Source: a bacterium (GTDB lineage Bacteria > Bacteroidota > Bacteroidia > CAILMK01 > JACPUW01). From it: a stretch of DNA of 64,000 bases. The notes under the pieces are model-generated. The model made no database searches and was not told the DNA's origin. It saw only the letters and a list, made by a program, of their open reading frames with translations. Position 1 is the stretch's first letter, and every line of letters begins with the position of its first letter. The stretch spans positions 15,392-79,391 of the forward strand of contig WGNN01000088.1 in the NCBI GenBank assembly GCA_016124515.1, read 5' to 3'. The translations under genes and the position numbers were made by a program. This document shows, in pieces, positions 16,428 to 26,398 of the stretch.

Positions 16428-19400
16428 TTGGATAACCCCGCAATACTTTTTACCGACAAAGAGTTGTCATTTCCGGGCAATTTCTTAGATCAGCTTAAAA
16501 AAATATTTCCAAGCTTGGTTATTGCCGGCCAACCGCGTAGTGTTTCTTCCGGTGTGGTTTTTATATACGCAAATGAAGCTTCAGCTGACGCTTTTCTTAT
16601 TGGACTTAACCCACAATGCACCTGTATTTTGGTGGAGGACCATGCCGCAAAAGCCATAGCACCAAACTACCTGCAACGTATTGATGGCTACCTGAATACC
16701 CATTTGCAAGATGCGGCTACCCTACAAACCTTGGTTCAACATGCCCAGCTGGTTAGACAGGCGAAAAACCAAGCAGCCACTACAACAAGCCATTTGGCGG
16801 CTGAACCCATGGTGGCCTATATTCCTGAACATGGCTTAAGTTCGGAGCGCCTCAAATCGAGTCTTGAAGCTTTGAACGCCGGCGTGTGGGACTGGAGCTA
16901 CAACCTGGGCAAAGCCACCGAGTGGTGGTCGGCACGGGTTTATGAAATTTTGGGCTACGAACCTTACAGTTTTGAACCCACGCGCGAGCTCTTTGAAAAA
17001 CTCATCCATCCTGATGATTTGCCTACCCTGAACGCCGAAAAAGAGCGGTTTCTGCTCAACCAGGATATTTTTAGTGTAAAGGTGCGCATGCTTACCCACC
17101 GAGGCGACTATTTGTGGATAGAGTCAAACGGCAAAGGCGAATTTGACAGCAAGGGTCAGGTTCAGCGTATCATAGGCACCATTGCCGATATTGACAAACG
17201 CGAAAAAGAATCGAGAGAATTTGAGCTGCACAGGCTGCAATTTCAGAAGTATATAGAAAGCGCCCCCACGGCCATTTTCATTTTGCAAGACTACAAGTTG
17301 GTGTACTACAACGAGGCGTGTATGAAAATAATGGAGCTTAACCTGAAGCCCCCTTTTGAATACATGCATTTCATTCACCCTGATGACCGCGACTTGGTGG
17401 TACGGGCGGTGTACGACTTGTTTGAAACCGACAAAAACCATGTGCGATTTGAAGCACGCATGGTAAGAAAGAACCAAAGTATCATCTACGCCGACTTGAC
17501 TTTGGGCCTAACCTTGCACAACGGCAAAACCGCCATAATTGGCACCGGCATTGATGTTAGCAGCCAAAAGCAAATGCTCGAAAATCTGCGCATAAGCGAA
17601 TCGCTGCTCACCGACTCGCAGGAAATAACCAAAACGGGCACCTTTACCATCAACCGAAACAGCCGCACCATTTGGTGGTCGGCACAGCTCTACCGCATTT
17701 TTGACAAAAGCAATAATGAACCGCTTGCCTTCAACGACTTTTTGGCGAATGTGCACCCCGGCGACCGCGAAAGGGTAGCATACAAGCTGACCGATGCCAT
17801 AGAACATGGCAAATTGAAAAACATGGAGTTTCGCTTATTGGTAAAAGGCAAGGTCAAATTTTTGAAATCAGTTTGCCGCCTTACCCACAACAAATCCATT
17901 TTGCAGGGCACCGTACAAGACATTACCGAATACAAAGGTTTTGAGCGCATCATTAGCGAGCATGAGTATTTAACTGCTGAAATACTCAATTCTTTTCCCA
18001 TAGAAATTGTGATTTATAATAATGACCTGAGTTTTCAATATGTCAATAAAAAGGCGGTTCCTGACGATGCCATCAGAGCGCAAATAATAGGGAAAAGCGA
18101 GTTGGACTATTGCAAAATAGCCGGCAAACCGCAGGTATTGGCGCAAAACCGTATGAACTATATTAAACACACCATAGAAACCAAAAGTCCTTTTACCTGG
18201 GTTGAAGAAGTAAACAACCACGGCGAAGTGCAGTATATGTTTTATGGTTTGTACCCCATTTATGAAAATGCCGAGCTGAAGAGAATTGTGGGCTCCGGAA
18301 TAGACCTTACCAAGGAAATGCGCGCCGAAAAAGATCTAAAGTTCAGAGTGGGTTTTGAAAACATTTTGATTCAATTTTCTAATAAACTCATCAACCTTTC
18401 GGGCGAAGAACTTGATCCGGTACTGAACGAAGGCATAGCTACCATAGGCAAATTTGTGCAGGTTGATCGCGTATATCTTTTCAAATACAACAACCAAAAC
18501 AGTACGCTGAGCAATACGCATGAGTGGTGCAGCGAGGGCACACCTTCGTTCAAAGACAAATTGCAAAATATAGTGGTTGACCAAGCCAATTGGTGGTACA
18601 AACAAGTGCTGCGCAAAAAGACCATAGTAATTGACCATGTGGACGATATGCCTGAATCTGCAGCATTTGAGCGCGAAAATTTCAAACGCCAAAACATAAA
18701 ATCGCTCATTGCGGTGCCGCTGGTGGTAGATAAAAAGATAAACGGCTACATTGGTTTCGACTCGGTGCATGAGCCCAGAAAATGGACCATAGAAATTCAG
18801 GACCTCATCAACCTGAGTGCACAAATTATCTCAAGCGCGCTGGAGCGGAAAACATCGTTTGGCGCCTTGATACAAAGCGAAGAAAAGTTCAGAACCCTTA
18901 CCGAAAGTGCGCATGCCGCCATTTTTATTACCATGAACACGCGCTTTGTGTATGCCAATCCGGAAACCTGCCGACTAACAGGTTTTGACCACGACGAAAT
19001 ACTCACACGCAATATTATAGATTTGCTGCACTATGACGAACAACCTTCGGCATCGGCCAATCTCGACAAAATAATGAGCAACCGGGCGGCCAACTCGCGC
19101 AACGAAAGAAAGTTGGTGACCAAATCGGGCGAGATAAAATATATAGACATTACCTCAAACAAAATAAACTACAACGGCGAAGAGGCCATGATAAGCATTG
19201 CCTTTGATGTAACGGAGAAACACAAAAAAGACGAAGAACGCATCAACCTGATTGACCAACTGACAAGGCAAAACCAGGATTTGGAGCAGTTTTCGTACAT
19301 CACATCGCACAACCTGCGCTCGCCAGTAGCCGGTATCAAAGGACTTATTTCCATAATAGAAGACGACAAAATAGGCTCAGAGCTAAACCTGAGTATAATA

Positions 19401-19952
19401 AAACGCATAGAAACTGCCGCTGGAAAACTTGACCGCGTAATAAGAGACCTGAACGACATTATTTCGGTAAAAAAAGAATACCAACAAAACCGACAGGTTA
19501 TCAATTTCAACGATTTGATGTATGAAATAATGGAAGGCCACGCAGTTATGATTTCGCAGAGTCAGGCAGTTATTAATTTCAATTTCAGCGAGGCTCCAAA
19601 AATTACTACAGTAAAAGGCTATTTGCAAAGTATCATAACCAATCTGCTAACCAATGCCATTAAATACGCCCGCCAAGGTACTGTGCCTGAAATTCAGATC
19701 TACACCCAAAAATCGGGAGGTAAATACATAGAATTGGTGGTGCAAGACAATGGCACCGGCATAGACCTTCAGAAATACGGCAAAAAACTCTTCCGGTTCA
19801 AACAACGCTTCCACCTCAATATTGAAGGACACGGTATTGGGCTTTACCTTGTAAAAACACAAGCCGAAGCCCTTGGCGGTAGCATTGAAGTAGAAAGCGA
19901 GGTAAACAAAGGCAGCAAATTCATTGTGAGGCTGTATAACTTTAAGAAATAA
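16428..19952 (+). CDS. Cytoplasmic multi-PAS/GAF sensor histidine kinase
   Basis: 1174 aa with several PAS/PAC modules (WDW..., IHPDD..., DIT/DVS ... motifs). A GAF-like segment lies around residues 650-800. The HisKA H-box is FSYITSHNLRSPV, and the HATPase_c domain shows NLLTNAIKY, DNGTGID and GHGIGL. The only start codon in the open frame before residue 128 is the TTG at 16428. Confidence 0.9.
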   Translation: MDNPAILFTDKELSFPGNFLDQLKKIFPSLVIAGQPRSVSSGVVFIYANEASADAFLIGLNPQCTCILVEDHAAKAIAPNYLQRIDGYLNTHLQDAATLQTLVQHAQLVRQAKNQAATTTSHLAAEPMVAYIPEHGLSSERLKSSLEALNAGVWDWSYNLGKATEWWSARVYEILGYEPYSFEPTRELFEKLIHPDDLPTLNAEKERFLLNQDIFSVKVRMLTHRGDYLWIESNGKGEFDSKGQVQRIIGTIADIDKREKESREFELHRLQFQKYIESAPTAIFILQDYKLVYYNEACMKIMELNLKPPFEYMHFIHPDDRDLVVRAVYDLFETDKNHVRFEARMVRKNQSIIYADLTLGLTLHNGKTAIIGTGIDVSSQKQMLENLRISESLLTDSQEITKTGTFTINRNSRTIWWSAQLYRIFDKSNNEPLAFNDFLANVHPGDRERVAYKLTDAIEHGKLKNMEFRLLVKGKVKFLKSVCRLTHNKSILQGTVQDITEYKGFERIISEHEYLTAEILNSFPIEIVIYNNDLSFQYVNKKAVPDDAIRAQIIGKSELDYCKIAGKPQVLAQNRMNYIKHTIETKSPFTWVEEVNNHGEVQYMFYGLYPIYENAELKRIVGSGIDLTKEMRAEKDLKFRVGFENILIQFSNKLINLSGEELDPVLNEGIATIGKFVQVDRVYLFKYNNQNSTLSNTHEWCSEGTPSFKDKLQNIVVDQANWWYKQVLRKKTIVIDHVDDMPESAAFERENFKRQNIKSLIAVPLVVDKKINGYIGFDSVHEPRKWTIEIQDLINLSAQIISSALERKTSFGALIQSEEKFRTLTESAHAAIFITMNTRFVYANPETCRLTGFDHDEILTRNIIDLLHYDEQPSASANLDKIMSNRAANSRNERKLVTKSGEIKYIDITSNKINYNGEEAMISIAFDVTEKHKKDEERINLIDQLTRQNQDLEQFSYITSHNLRSPVAGIKGLISIIEDDKIGSELNLSIIKRIETAAGKLDRVIRDLNDIISVKKEYQQNRQVINFNDLMYEIMEGHAVMISQSQAVINFNFSEAPKITTVKGYLQSIITNLLTNAIKYARQGTVPEIQIYTQKSGGKYIELVVQDNGTGIDLQKYGKKLFRFKQRFHLNIEGHGIGLYLVKTQAEALGGSIEVESEVNKGSKFIVRLYNFKK

Positions 19953-20010
19953 AAAAAGGGGAATTTATAAAATTAATTCTCTGCAAACCATTCATACCTA
20001 ACAAAACACA

Positions 20011-20041
20011 AAAAAAGGGACCAAAATTGGTCCCTTTTTTA
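20011..20041. terminator. Bidirectional rho-independent terminator
   Basis: AAAAAAGGGACCaaaattGGTCCCTTTTTT lies between the convergent kinase (+) and M49 peptidase (-) genes. It has an A-run on one side and a T-run on the other. Confidence 0.75.
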
Positions 20042-20062
20042 TAAAAACAATGCGGTTCTAAT

Positions 20063-22150
20063 CTAATTCTTGATAGGCAAATTGGCGTACATTTTTCCGT
20101 ATTCCAACATTTCTGTAAGGAAATCAGTTGGGTATTCAATATGCACATTCACAATTTCTCCTTCATCGTTGGTTTCGGCTATGAGTTTTGGATTGATAAA
20201 AGCACCATAAGCCGGAATATTGAGCGCCGCTGATCTTGCCAGCACTTCTTTGTGCAGCTCCGTATCTACTTTCACACCGTAGTTCTCTACCAAATCGCGA
20301 CCGGCTTCGTAGTCACCTTCCGATTTGATTCGTTGTACTTCGCGAAGCAAATCGCCGAAAATCACGCGCAATTTTTCGTAGTCGGTAATGTCAAAATAGG
20401 TTTTGCCATCTTTCTGCACTTTTACAATTACGCCTTCGGGAGCGCCTTTTTCAAAAGCCCAGGCGGCCACCATTTGGCGGTTGCGCATGTGGTCTTCTTC
20501 AATCTCCTCTCCTTCTTCTATTCTTCGCAATTGTGTCATCAAACCATTTCTTATGTACGAGTCGTACTCCGCTTTTCCTACTTCAAGCGAAGGCATCAAA
20601 CCCAATTCAATGAGCTTAGGATCGAGCAGGTAATAAAGCGCCACCAAGTCGGCACGGCCTTCTTCTAGTGTTGATGCATAGTTTTTCAAGGTTTCCTTTG
20701 GAGTGCCTATGCCAGGATTTATTTGGCCGCTTGCATGTCCAATTACTTCGTGCAGCGCGGTGTGCAACTTACCTGAAAGCTCCCCGTATTCCTTGGCGCG
20801 TGCTATTTCTTCTTCGTCGTGTGCAAATTCGGTCAAAAATCCACTTCCGGCGGCTTTGTCATAAGCCAAAGTAATATTGCCCAAGCTCACCGATTTTGAA
20901 CCGTGTTCTTTTCTTATCCAGTTTGAGTTTGGCAGGTTGATACCGATTGGAGTGGTTGGATGGCAATCTCCCCCTTCTACTACGGCTTCAATTACTTTGT
21001 AGCTTACGCCTTTTACTTGTTTCTTTTTGTGTTCAGGCAAAATGCTTGAGTTGTCTTCAAACCATTGTGCGTTTTTGCTCACGGTTTGCATTCTGCGCGA
21101 TGCGTCAAAATCTTTTATTGAAACCACCGACTCAAAAGTGGCGCGGTAGCCGAGCGGGTCGCCATATACTTCAATAAATCCATTTATTACATCCACCACC
21201 GATGAAGTATCGGTTACCCAGGTAATGTTGTAGGTATCCCAATCTTCAAGGCTGCCGGTGCGGTAAAATTTGCTCAGCAGTTCAAGCGTTTTTTGTTGTG
21301 TCTCATTTTCGGCCACGGTAGCGGCTTTGTCAAGCCAATGAACCACTTTTTCTATAGCGGTAGAATACATGCCGCCTACTTTCCACACTTTTTCTTCAAT
21401 TTTTCCATTCACCTTCACCAGTTTAGAGTTGTGTCCGTATTCCACCGGTGTGGTATCGTTGGGGTCTATGCGTTTTTTGTAATAGTCTTCAACTTCTTTT
21501 TGCGTAAGTCCTTCGTAAAAATTGCAGGCCGAAGCAGCAATCATATCCACTCCTTTGCTTTTGTTTACGCGCTTGGCGTCTTTGGTAGGATCAAAAATTA
21601 CCCATTCCAAAAGCTTCAGCAGGTCTTCTTTGCTTTCGCCGTCAAGCAAAGGCCAGTCAGCTTCGGTGTCGTTTACCAGTTGGGTAAAGTAGGCATAGCT
21701 AAAAGTGGGTTTAAACTTGGTCATGGAATAATGGTGGTGGATGCCATTGGCTACAAAAACGCGTTTGCTATAAGTCACAAAATTGTTCCACTCTTCGGTG
21801 GTTTTGTCGCCTTCATAAAAATTAAGGATGTTTTCAAGCGTTTTGCGCACGCGCAGGTTGTGCTTGTAGTTTTGGTCCCACACAATATCGCGACCGGCCA
21901 TTGCGGCTTCGTGCAGGTAGTAGAGCAACTTTTTTTGCTCCAGCGTCAGCTCGTCCCAGCCATTTACAAAATATCGGTGTACCCTGATATCGGCAAAATC
22001 CTCGGCCAGGTAATCCTCCGCCGGCCTTTGTACTTTTTCAATTTCTACCACTTCTTCTTCAATTATGGGGGTTTCTTCTTTGGTTTTTTGTTCTCCGCAT
22101 GAGACCATTCCTATGGCCAGTGCACACATTGATACAGATATATACTTCAT
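20063..22150 (-). CDS. Dipeptidyl-peptidase III-like M49 family zinc peptidase (lipoprotein)
   Basis: 695 aa. The lipoprotein signal is MCALAIGMVSC. M49 signature motifs HEVIGH (HExxGH) and EEGRAD (EExR[AK][ED]) are present. Confidence 0.85.
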   Translation of the reverse strand: MKYISVSMCALAIGMVSCGEQKTKEETPIIEEEVVEIEKVQRPAEDYLAEDFADIRVHRYFVNGWDELTLEQKKLLYYLHEAAMAGRDIVWDQNYKHNLRVRKTLENILNFYEGDKTTEEWNNFVTYSKRVFVANGIHHHYSMTKFKPTFSYAYFTQLVNDTEADWPLLDGESKEDLLKLLEWVIFDPTKDAKRVNKSKGVDMIAASACNFYEGLTQKEVEDYYKKRIDPNDTTPVEYGHNSKLVKVNGKIEEKVWKVGGMYSTAIEKVVHWLDKAATVAENETQQKTLELLSKFYRTGSLEDWDTYNITWVTDTSSVVDVINGFIEVYGDPLGYRATFESVVSIKDFDASRRMQTVSKNAQWFEDNSSILPEHKKKQVKGVSYKVIEAVVEGGDCHPTTPIGINLPNSNWIRKEHGSKSVSLGNITLAYDKAAGSGFLTEFAHDEEEIARAKEYGELSGKLHTALHEVIGHASGQINPGIGTPKETLKNYASTLEEGRADLVALYYLLDPKLIELGLMPSLEVGKAEYDSYIRNGLMTQLRRIEEGEEIEEDHMRNRQMVAAWAFEKGAPEGVIVKVQKDGKTYFDITDYEKLRVIFGDLLREVQRIKSEGDYEAGRDLVENYGVKVDTELHKEVLARSAALNIPAYGAFINPKLIAETNDEGEIVNVHIEYPTDFLTEMLEYGKMYANLPIKN

Positions 22151-22208
22151 AACAGTTACTTAATTGGTCAAAAGTGCTGAAATCCCATGAAAAAACAATT
22201 ACCGAATT

Positions 22209-22889
22209 TTGCAAATTGTGAAACGAAGCCTGTTTACCACCAAAGATGGCAGCCACTCTATAATGGTAGAGGAGCTGCGCGAAAGTTTTCATTCGCAGAA
22301 TGGATCGCTGCAAGAAAGCGAGCACACGTTTATCAAAAGCGGTTTGTCTTTTTTGTTCGATACTTTTCGTCCGCCCAAAATTGAATTGTTTGAGGTGGGA
22401 TTTGGCACCGGGCTCAATGCCTTGCTCAGCTATTTGTGGGCTGTGAAAGACAAAGTGCACGTTGCCTATACCGGCATTGAAGCGTTCCCGCTCGAAAACG
22501 AGCTGTGGCAATCGCTCAACTACAGCAAGCTAATTGATGCCAACAGCTACGATGCTTTCAGCCAAATGCACCGCAGCGATTGGAATACGCCAATTGCCCT
22601 GCATGAATTTTTCAGCTTTGAAAAAACGCATGGCGACTTGGTGCAGCATGCTTATAAAAAAAGTTACAACCTCGTGTATTTCGATGCTTTTGCGCCCAGC
22701 GTGCAGCCCGAATTGTGGACCGATGCCATTTTTAAAAACCTGTATGATACCATGCTGAATCCCGCCGTTTTGGTAACCTATTCGGCGGCAGGCCAACCCC
22801 GGCGGGCCATGACCAAAGCCGGATTTTGGCTTGATGAAATAAGGGGTGCTGCAGGTAAAAGAGAAATGACGCGGGCTCTGAAAATGTAG
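22209..22889 (+). CDS. mnmD: tRNA 5-methylaminomethyl-2-thiouridine methyltransferase, stand-alone MnmC C-terminal-type domain (MnmD-like)
   Basis: 226 aa with a SAM-binding motif (FEVGFGTGLNAL) and YFDAFAPSVQPELW, which is typical of the family. The start is non-ATG, either TTG at 22209 or GTG at 22218. Confidence 0.75.
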   Translation: MQIVKRSLFTTKDGSHSIMVEELRESFHSQNGSLQESEHTFIKSGLSFLFDTFRPPKIELFEVGFGTGLNALLSYLWAVKDKVHVAYTGIEAFPLENELWQSLNYSKLIDANSYDAFSQMHRSDWNTPIALHEFFSFEKTHGDLVQHAYKKSYNLVYFDAFAPSVQPELWTDAIFKNLYDTMLNPAVLVTYSAAGQPRRAMTKAGFWLDEIRGAAGKREMTRALKM

Positions 22890-22892
22890 GCC

Positions 22893-23558
22893 TTACTCCA
22901 CCGCTTCAATCATAAGTAAATGGCCATCAGTATAGTTTACCGATACTTCGCCATCATGCGGTACTTCATTACTTGTACCAATTCTAATGCCCCACTCAAG
23001 ATCTTCTTTATCAAGCAGATACTTCAATCCTGTAGTACTTACGGCCTTGGCAAACGGCAGGGGCATCAGCGAAATGATTTGTCCTTTTTTATACCATTTC
23101 GAAAACGAATGGTTGAGCATATACATCCGCGAATAGTCATTGTAGAACACCAATTTAATTTTGCCGTGGTATTTGGTCAAAAAACTCATATTGCCCAGCG
23201 AATGGTCAAACCGCTTGCCGGTAGCCCACAGCACATTCACTTCGCGCACGCCTTTTTGCATTAAAAAATCAACTCCCTTTTCAAAATCGGTGGCGTTTTG
23301 GTCGGGCGTGTGCACCACTTGCACATGGCTTTGCTGCCATTTTTCAAGTTCTTCATTTGGGTTCACATCGTCAAAATCGCCCAGCCAATAATCTACTTTT
23401 ACTCCCAAAGAAGCCACTTTCATAAAAGCATTGTCGAGCGCAAGCACCATAGGGCTCCACTCAAGCAGCGATTCCAACAAAGCAAGGCTGCACATTTCGC
23501 CATCGGCTATTAGCAGGGCAGGTTCCTGAAAGTCTTTAACAATATGGTGCGAGGACAT
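22893..23558 (-). CDS. Thiamine diphosphokinase
   Basis: 221 aa. It has the LGDFDD motif, a TPK catalytic domain, and a C-terminal thiamine-binding beta domain. Confidence 0.8.
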   Translation of the reverse strand: MSSHHIVKDFQEPALLIADGEMCSLALLESLLEWSPMVLALDNAFMKVASLGVKVDYWLGDFDDVNPNEELEKWQQSHVQVVHTPDQNATDFEKGVDFLMQKGVREVNVLWATGKRFDHSLGNMSFLTKYHGKIKLVFYNDYSRMYMLNHSFSKWYKKGQIISLMPLPFAKAVSTTGLKYLLDKEDLEWGIRIGTSNEVPHDGEVSVNYTDGHLLMIEAVE

Positions 23559-23733
23559 TGACGGTTACTTTTTTGCCAACAATGGTACAAATATTCGTGC
23601 ATCGAAAACAATTCCTATAGCATTTATCAAAGCCGGTGGACAAACGATTCAGGGCATAATTTGTCCTGATTGAAAACAGTAAATTGAACGAAAAATGGAG
23701 AAGTTTGGTGGAAAAATCCTACAGGTTTTAGCG

Positions 23734-24099
23734 CTAGCCCTTTGATTGAAGGTAAGTCAAACTTTGTTTGTTGTCGGCATTGCCGGGTAGTTTTTCCAGA
23801 CTTTTTTTCAAATCTTCAATGCCTTTTTTCACCAAGGAAAGGTACATATCTTCAGAAATGGCCTCTACCTTGTTTTCATCAATAGCCTTAATAAATTCAG
23901 CAATTACAAAGCCTCTCCTGCCCAGCAGATAGTAATCGTCGGGACTTTCTGCCACCAATTGGTCAAAAAGTTCAATAGACTTTTCAAACTTCAATTGCTG
24001 GTAATAGCCAATGGCCTTACGCAGGGTTTCTGAATCAGTTTGCCCAAAAACCGGTATCATTCCAATTGAGAGCAATACTGTAAGTAATACGTGCTTCAT
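23734..24099 (-). CDS. Small secreted hypothetical protein (TPR-like helices)
   Basis: I moved the start to the Met at 24099, which gives the signal peptide MKHVLLTVLLSIGMIPVFGQ. I recognise no family. Confidence 0.5.
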   Translation of the reverse strand: MKHVLLTVLLSIGMIPVFGQTDSETLRKAIGYYQQLKFEKSIELFDQLVAESPDDYYLLGRRGFVIAEFIKAIDENKVEAISEDMYLSLVKKGIEDLKKSLEKLPGNADNKQSLTYLQSKG

Positions 24100-24216
24100 T
24101 CCTAAACTAAGTTTATAATACTTATCAATCAAGCATTGGCTCCAAATGTACATATTTTATTCGCTTTTAATTATTTTGCCTCATTTGAAAATACTAAGTT
24201 GCGCAGGTTTAACATT

Positions 24217-25209
24217 ATGTTGAAGGATAAATTTAACCGTTCTATCAGCTATTTGCGCCTTTCTGTGACCGACAGGTGCAATTTGCGCTGCCTCTATTGC
24301 ATGCCCGAAAAGGGCCTGAATTTTTTATCGCGCAGCCACATTCTCAGTTACGAAGAAATGCTGCGCATGGCCGAAATTTTTGCCGGATTGGGCGTTAACA
24401 AAATAAGAATTACCGGCGGCGAACCATTTGTAAGAAAAGATCTCATCCATTTTATAGAAAAATTGGTGGCCGTAAAAGGCATAGATAAAGTGGCCATAAC
24501 CACCAATGGTGTACTTACAGAAGCATATTTGCCACAGCTCAAGCAGTTTGGTGTTAAGGATATCAACCTGAGCCTCGACTCGGTTGACCCACAGAATTTT
24601 GCCCGCATTACCCGTCGCGACGAATTGCCCAAAGCAATGCAATGCCTTGATGCCCTGCACAATATGGGTTTCAACACCAAAATAAATACGGTGGTAATGG
24701 ATGGCAAAAACACCCATGAAATAGAAAAGCTTTGCCGCTTGGCCGAAAAGCGAAAAATAGATGTGCGTTTTATTGAAGAAATGCCTTTCAATGGCGGAAG
24801 CATGGGTTCTACTCCTCAAAAAGTAGTGTGGAACGAAAGGCAGATTCGCGATACATTCTACACTTTATTTCCTGATGTGGTGGCTCTTGAAAACGAAAAA
24901 AGCAGCACCACGCACCATTATTTTGTACCGGGTTTTAAAGGCAAACTGGGAATAATACCAGCCTATACTCGCAATATATGCAGTGGTTGCAACCGCATAA
25001 GGCTTACCGCTGAAGGCAAGCTGAAAACCTGTTTGTACGATAAAGGAAAGCTTGATTTTCGCGAAATGTTGCGCAATGGCAGCAGCAATGAACAGATAAT
25101 TGATGCCATACAAAAAGCAGTTTCGCTGAAGCTGAAAGATGGCTTTGAGGCGGAAAAAGCAGCAGGAAAACAAGACGTTAGAGAATCAATGGCAACCATA
25201 GGCGGATGA
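24217..25209 (+). CDS. moaA: GTP 3',8-cyclase MoaA (radical SAM)
   Basis: It has the CNLRCLYCMP radical-SAM cluster motif and a C-terminal CSGCNRIRLTAEGKLKTCL second cluster. I chose the start ATG at 24217. The stop TGA overlaps the moaC ATG (ATGA). Confidence 0.95.
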   Translation: MLKDKFNRSISYLRLSVTDRCNLRCLYCMPEKGLNFLSRSHILSYEEMLRMAEIFAGLGVNKIRITGGEPFVRKDLIHFIEKLVAVKGIDKVAITTNGVLTEAYLPQLKQFGVKDINLSLDSVDPQNFARITRRDELPKAMQCLDALHNMGFNTKINTVVMDGKNTHEIEKLCRLAEKRKIDVRFIEEMPFNGGSMGSTPQKVVWNERQIRDTFYTLFPDVVALENEKSSTTHHYFVPGFKGKLGIIPAYTRNICSGCNRIRLTAEGKLKTCLYDKGKLDFREMLRNGSSNEQIIDAIQKAVSLKLKDGFEAEKAAGKQDVRESMATIGG

Positions 25210-25682
25210 GCAAGCTGACACATATAAACGAAGAGAACCAACCACAAATGGTTGATATATCGCACAAAAGCCCAAGCCTGCGCGAAGCTACCGCAGAGGC
25301 TACCGTGCATTTGGGCGGCGAAATAATGCAACTTATTGAAAACAATGAACTTGTAGGACCAAAAGGCCCGGTTTTTCAAACCGCCATTATAAGCGGTACC
25401 CAAGCGGTCAAAAAAACAAGCGAGTTGATTCCTTTTTGTCATCCCTTGCTGCTTAACAGCATAAAAGTGAAGATAAAAACCCTGAATGAGGAAGCGGTTT
25501 TGGTGGAATGCAACGTGAAATGCGAAGGCAAAACGGGAGTGGAAATGGAAGCCTTAACCGGTGCGAGTGTGGCTGCCCTGTGCATTTATGATATGTGCAA
25601 AGCCATGTCGCACCACATAGAAATAAGCCAAACCCGCCTGATGGAAAAAACCGGCGGTAAAAGCGATTTCAAACGGATTTAA
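25206..25682 (+). CDS. moaC: Cyclic pyranopterin monophosphate synthase MoaC
   Basis: 158 aa. The segment MVDISHKSPSLREATA...GVEMEALTGASVAALCIYDMCKA is typical of MoaC. Confidence 0.95.
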   Translation: MSKLTHINEENQPQMVDISHKSPSLREATAEATVHLGGEIMQLIENNELVGPKGPVFQTAIISGTQAVKKTSELIPFCHPLLLNSIKVKIKTLNEEAVLVECNVKCEGKTGVEMEALTGASVAALCIYDMCKAMSHHIEISQTRLMEKTGGKSDFKRI

Positions 25683-25705
25683 AAGCCCTTTAAATCCAAA
25701 AGCTG

Positions 25706-25736
25706 AATTACGAATGAAAATTACATTCGTTCATTC
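25706..25736 (+). terminator. Hairpin after moaC (terminator-like, no clear U-tract)
   Basis: In GAATtACGAATGaaaattaCATTCGTtcATTC, the 7-bp core ACGAATG/CATTCGT spans 25710-25730, and the outer GAAT/ATTC also pairs. Confidence 0.3.
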
Positions 25737-25772
25737 CGGCTAAAAAATCACCTCTGAGTGAATGGGGCAAAT

Positions 25773-25953
25773 ACCAAATCCAAACCGAGTATAACGAAAT
25801 TAGTGCGCTCCCAAAACAGGAATTATTTTGCTGCATGCGTTGGCAGTGGCTGAATAGAAAAGTGCAAGAATGAGGCTTGCGAAGGTTTGGATGCCGGGAG
25901 CTTACTTGTGTAAATGACCAAATCCAAACCGAGTATAACGAAATTATTGCGCT
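25773..25953. repeat. 37-nt direct repeat, 2 copies 144 bp apart
   Basis: ACCAAATCCAAACCGAGTATAACGAAATTA(G/T)TGCGCT occurs at 25773-25809 and 25917-25953, in the gap between the convergent moaC and moaE genes. Confidence 0.9.
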
Positions 25954-25966
25954 TTTATAGCAGCCA

Positions 25967-26398
25967 CTAGGGGGTTGCAGAAACCCAGTGACTGCCATCA
26001 ACCCAAAACTCCTTCTTCCAAATAGGCACTGATTTCTTAAGGCTGTCAATAACAAAGGCGCAGCTCTCAAAACCTTCTTTTCGGTGGGGCGTGGCCACCA
26101 CAATAAGTACCGCGTCTTGACCAACTTGCACATTGCCCAACCGGTGCACAATGGCTATTTTGTGTATGGGCCACTTTTCGGCAGCTTTATCGGCTATCTT
26201 ATGCAATTCTTGCAATGCCATTGTTTCGTAGGCTTCAAAAAAAAGATGGGTCACTTCCTTGCCTTTTGCCTGGTTTCTCACCGTGCCCGCAAATACATTC
26301 ACAGAACCACATTGCGGATCGCGGCAAAAGTCAATGACTTCGTTTACGACTATTGCCTCATGGCTGAGTTCAATAAGTTTTTCCATATCAACCGCCAC
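25967..26398 (-). CDS. moaE: Molybdopterin synthase catalytic subunit MoaE
   Basis: 143 aa. FAGTVRN...HRLG...VAT.HR...F....ID.LK..VPIWKKE is typical of MoaE. It overlaps moaD by 11 nt. Confidence 0.9.
   Translation of the reverse strand: MAVDMEKLIELSHEAIVVNEVIDFCRDPQCGSVNVFAGTVRNQAKGKEVTHLFFEAYETMALQELHKIADKAAEKWPIHKIAIVHRLGNVQVGQDAVLIVVATPHRKEGFESCAFVIDSLKKSVPIWKKEFWVDGSHWVSATP

Noticed and set aside
21293-22102. Long antisense ORFs opposite well-supported genes (e.g. 21293..22102, 24325..25442, 26084..26827, 37215..38006, 41466..42356, 44965..45456, 55123..56479)
   Set aside because: Each lies entirely inside a gene with strong family motifs on the other strand. Each has a low-complexity or odd composition (rich in F, H, V, R) and no recognisable domain.
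23559-23733. TPP riboswitch upstream of the thiamine diphosphokinase gene
   Set aside because: I could not find the conserved CUGAGA and ACCUGAUCUGGAUAAUGCCAGCG-like elements on the minus strand. Kinase genes of this type are also not typical TPP-riboswitch targets.
24100-24216. Moco riboswitch upstream of moaA
   Set aside because: The gap is only ~118 nt and AT-rich. It lacks the long GC-rich paired elements and the conserved core of the Moco RNA motif.
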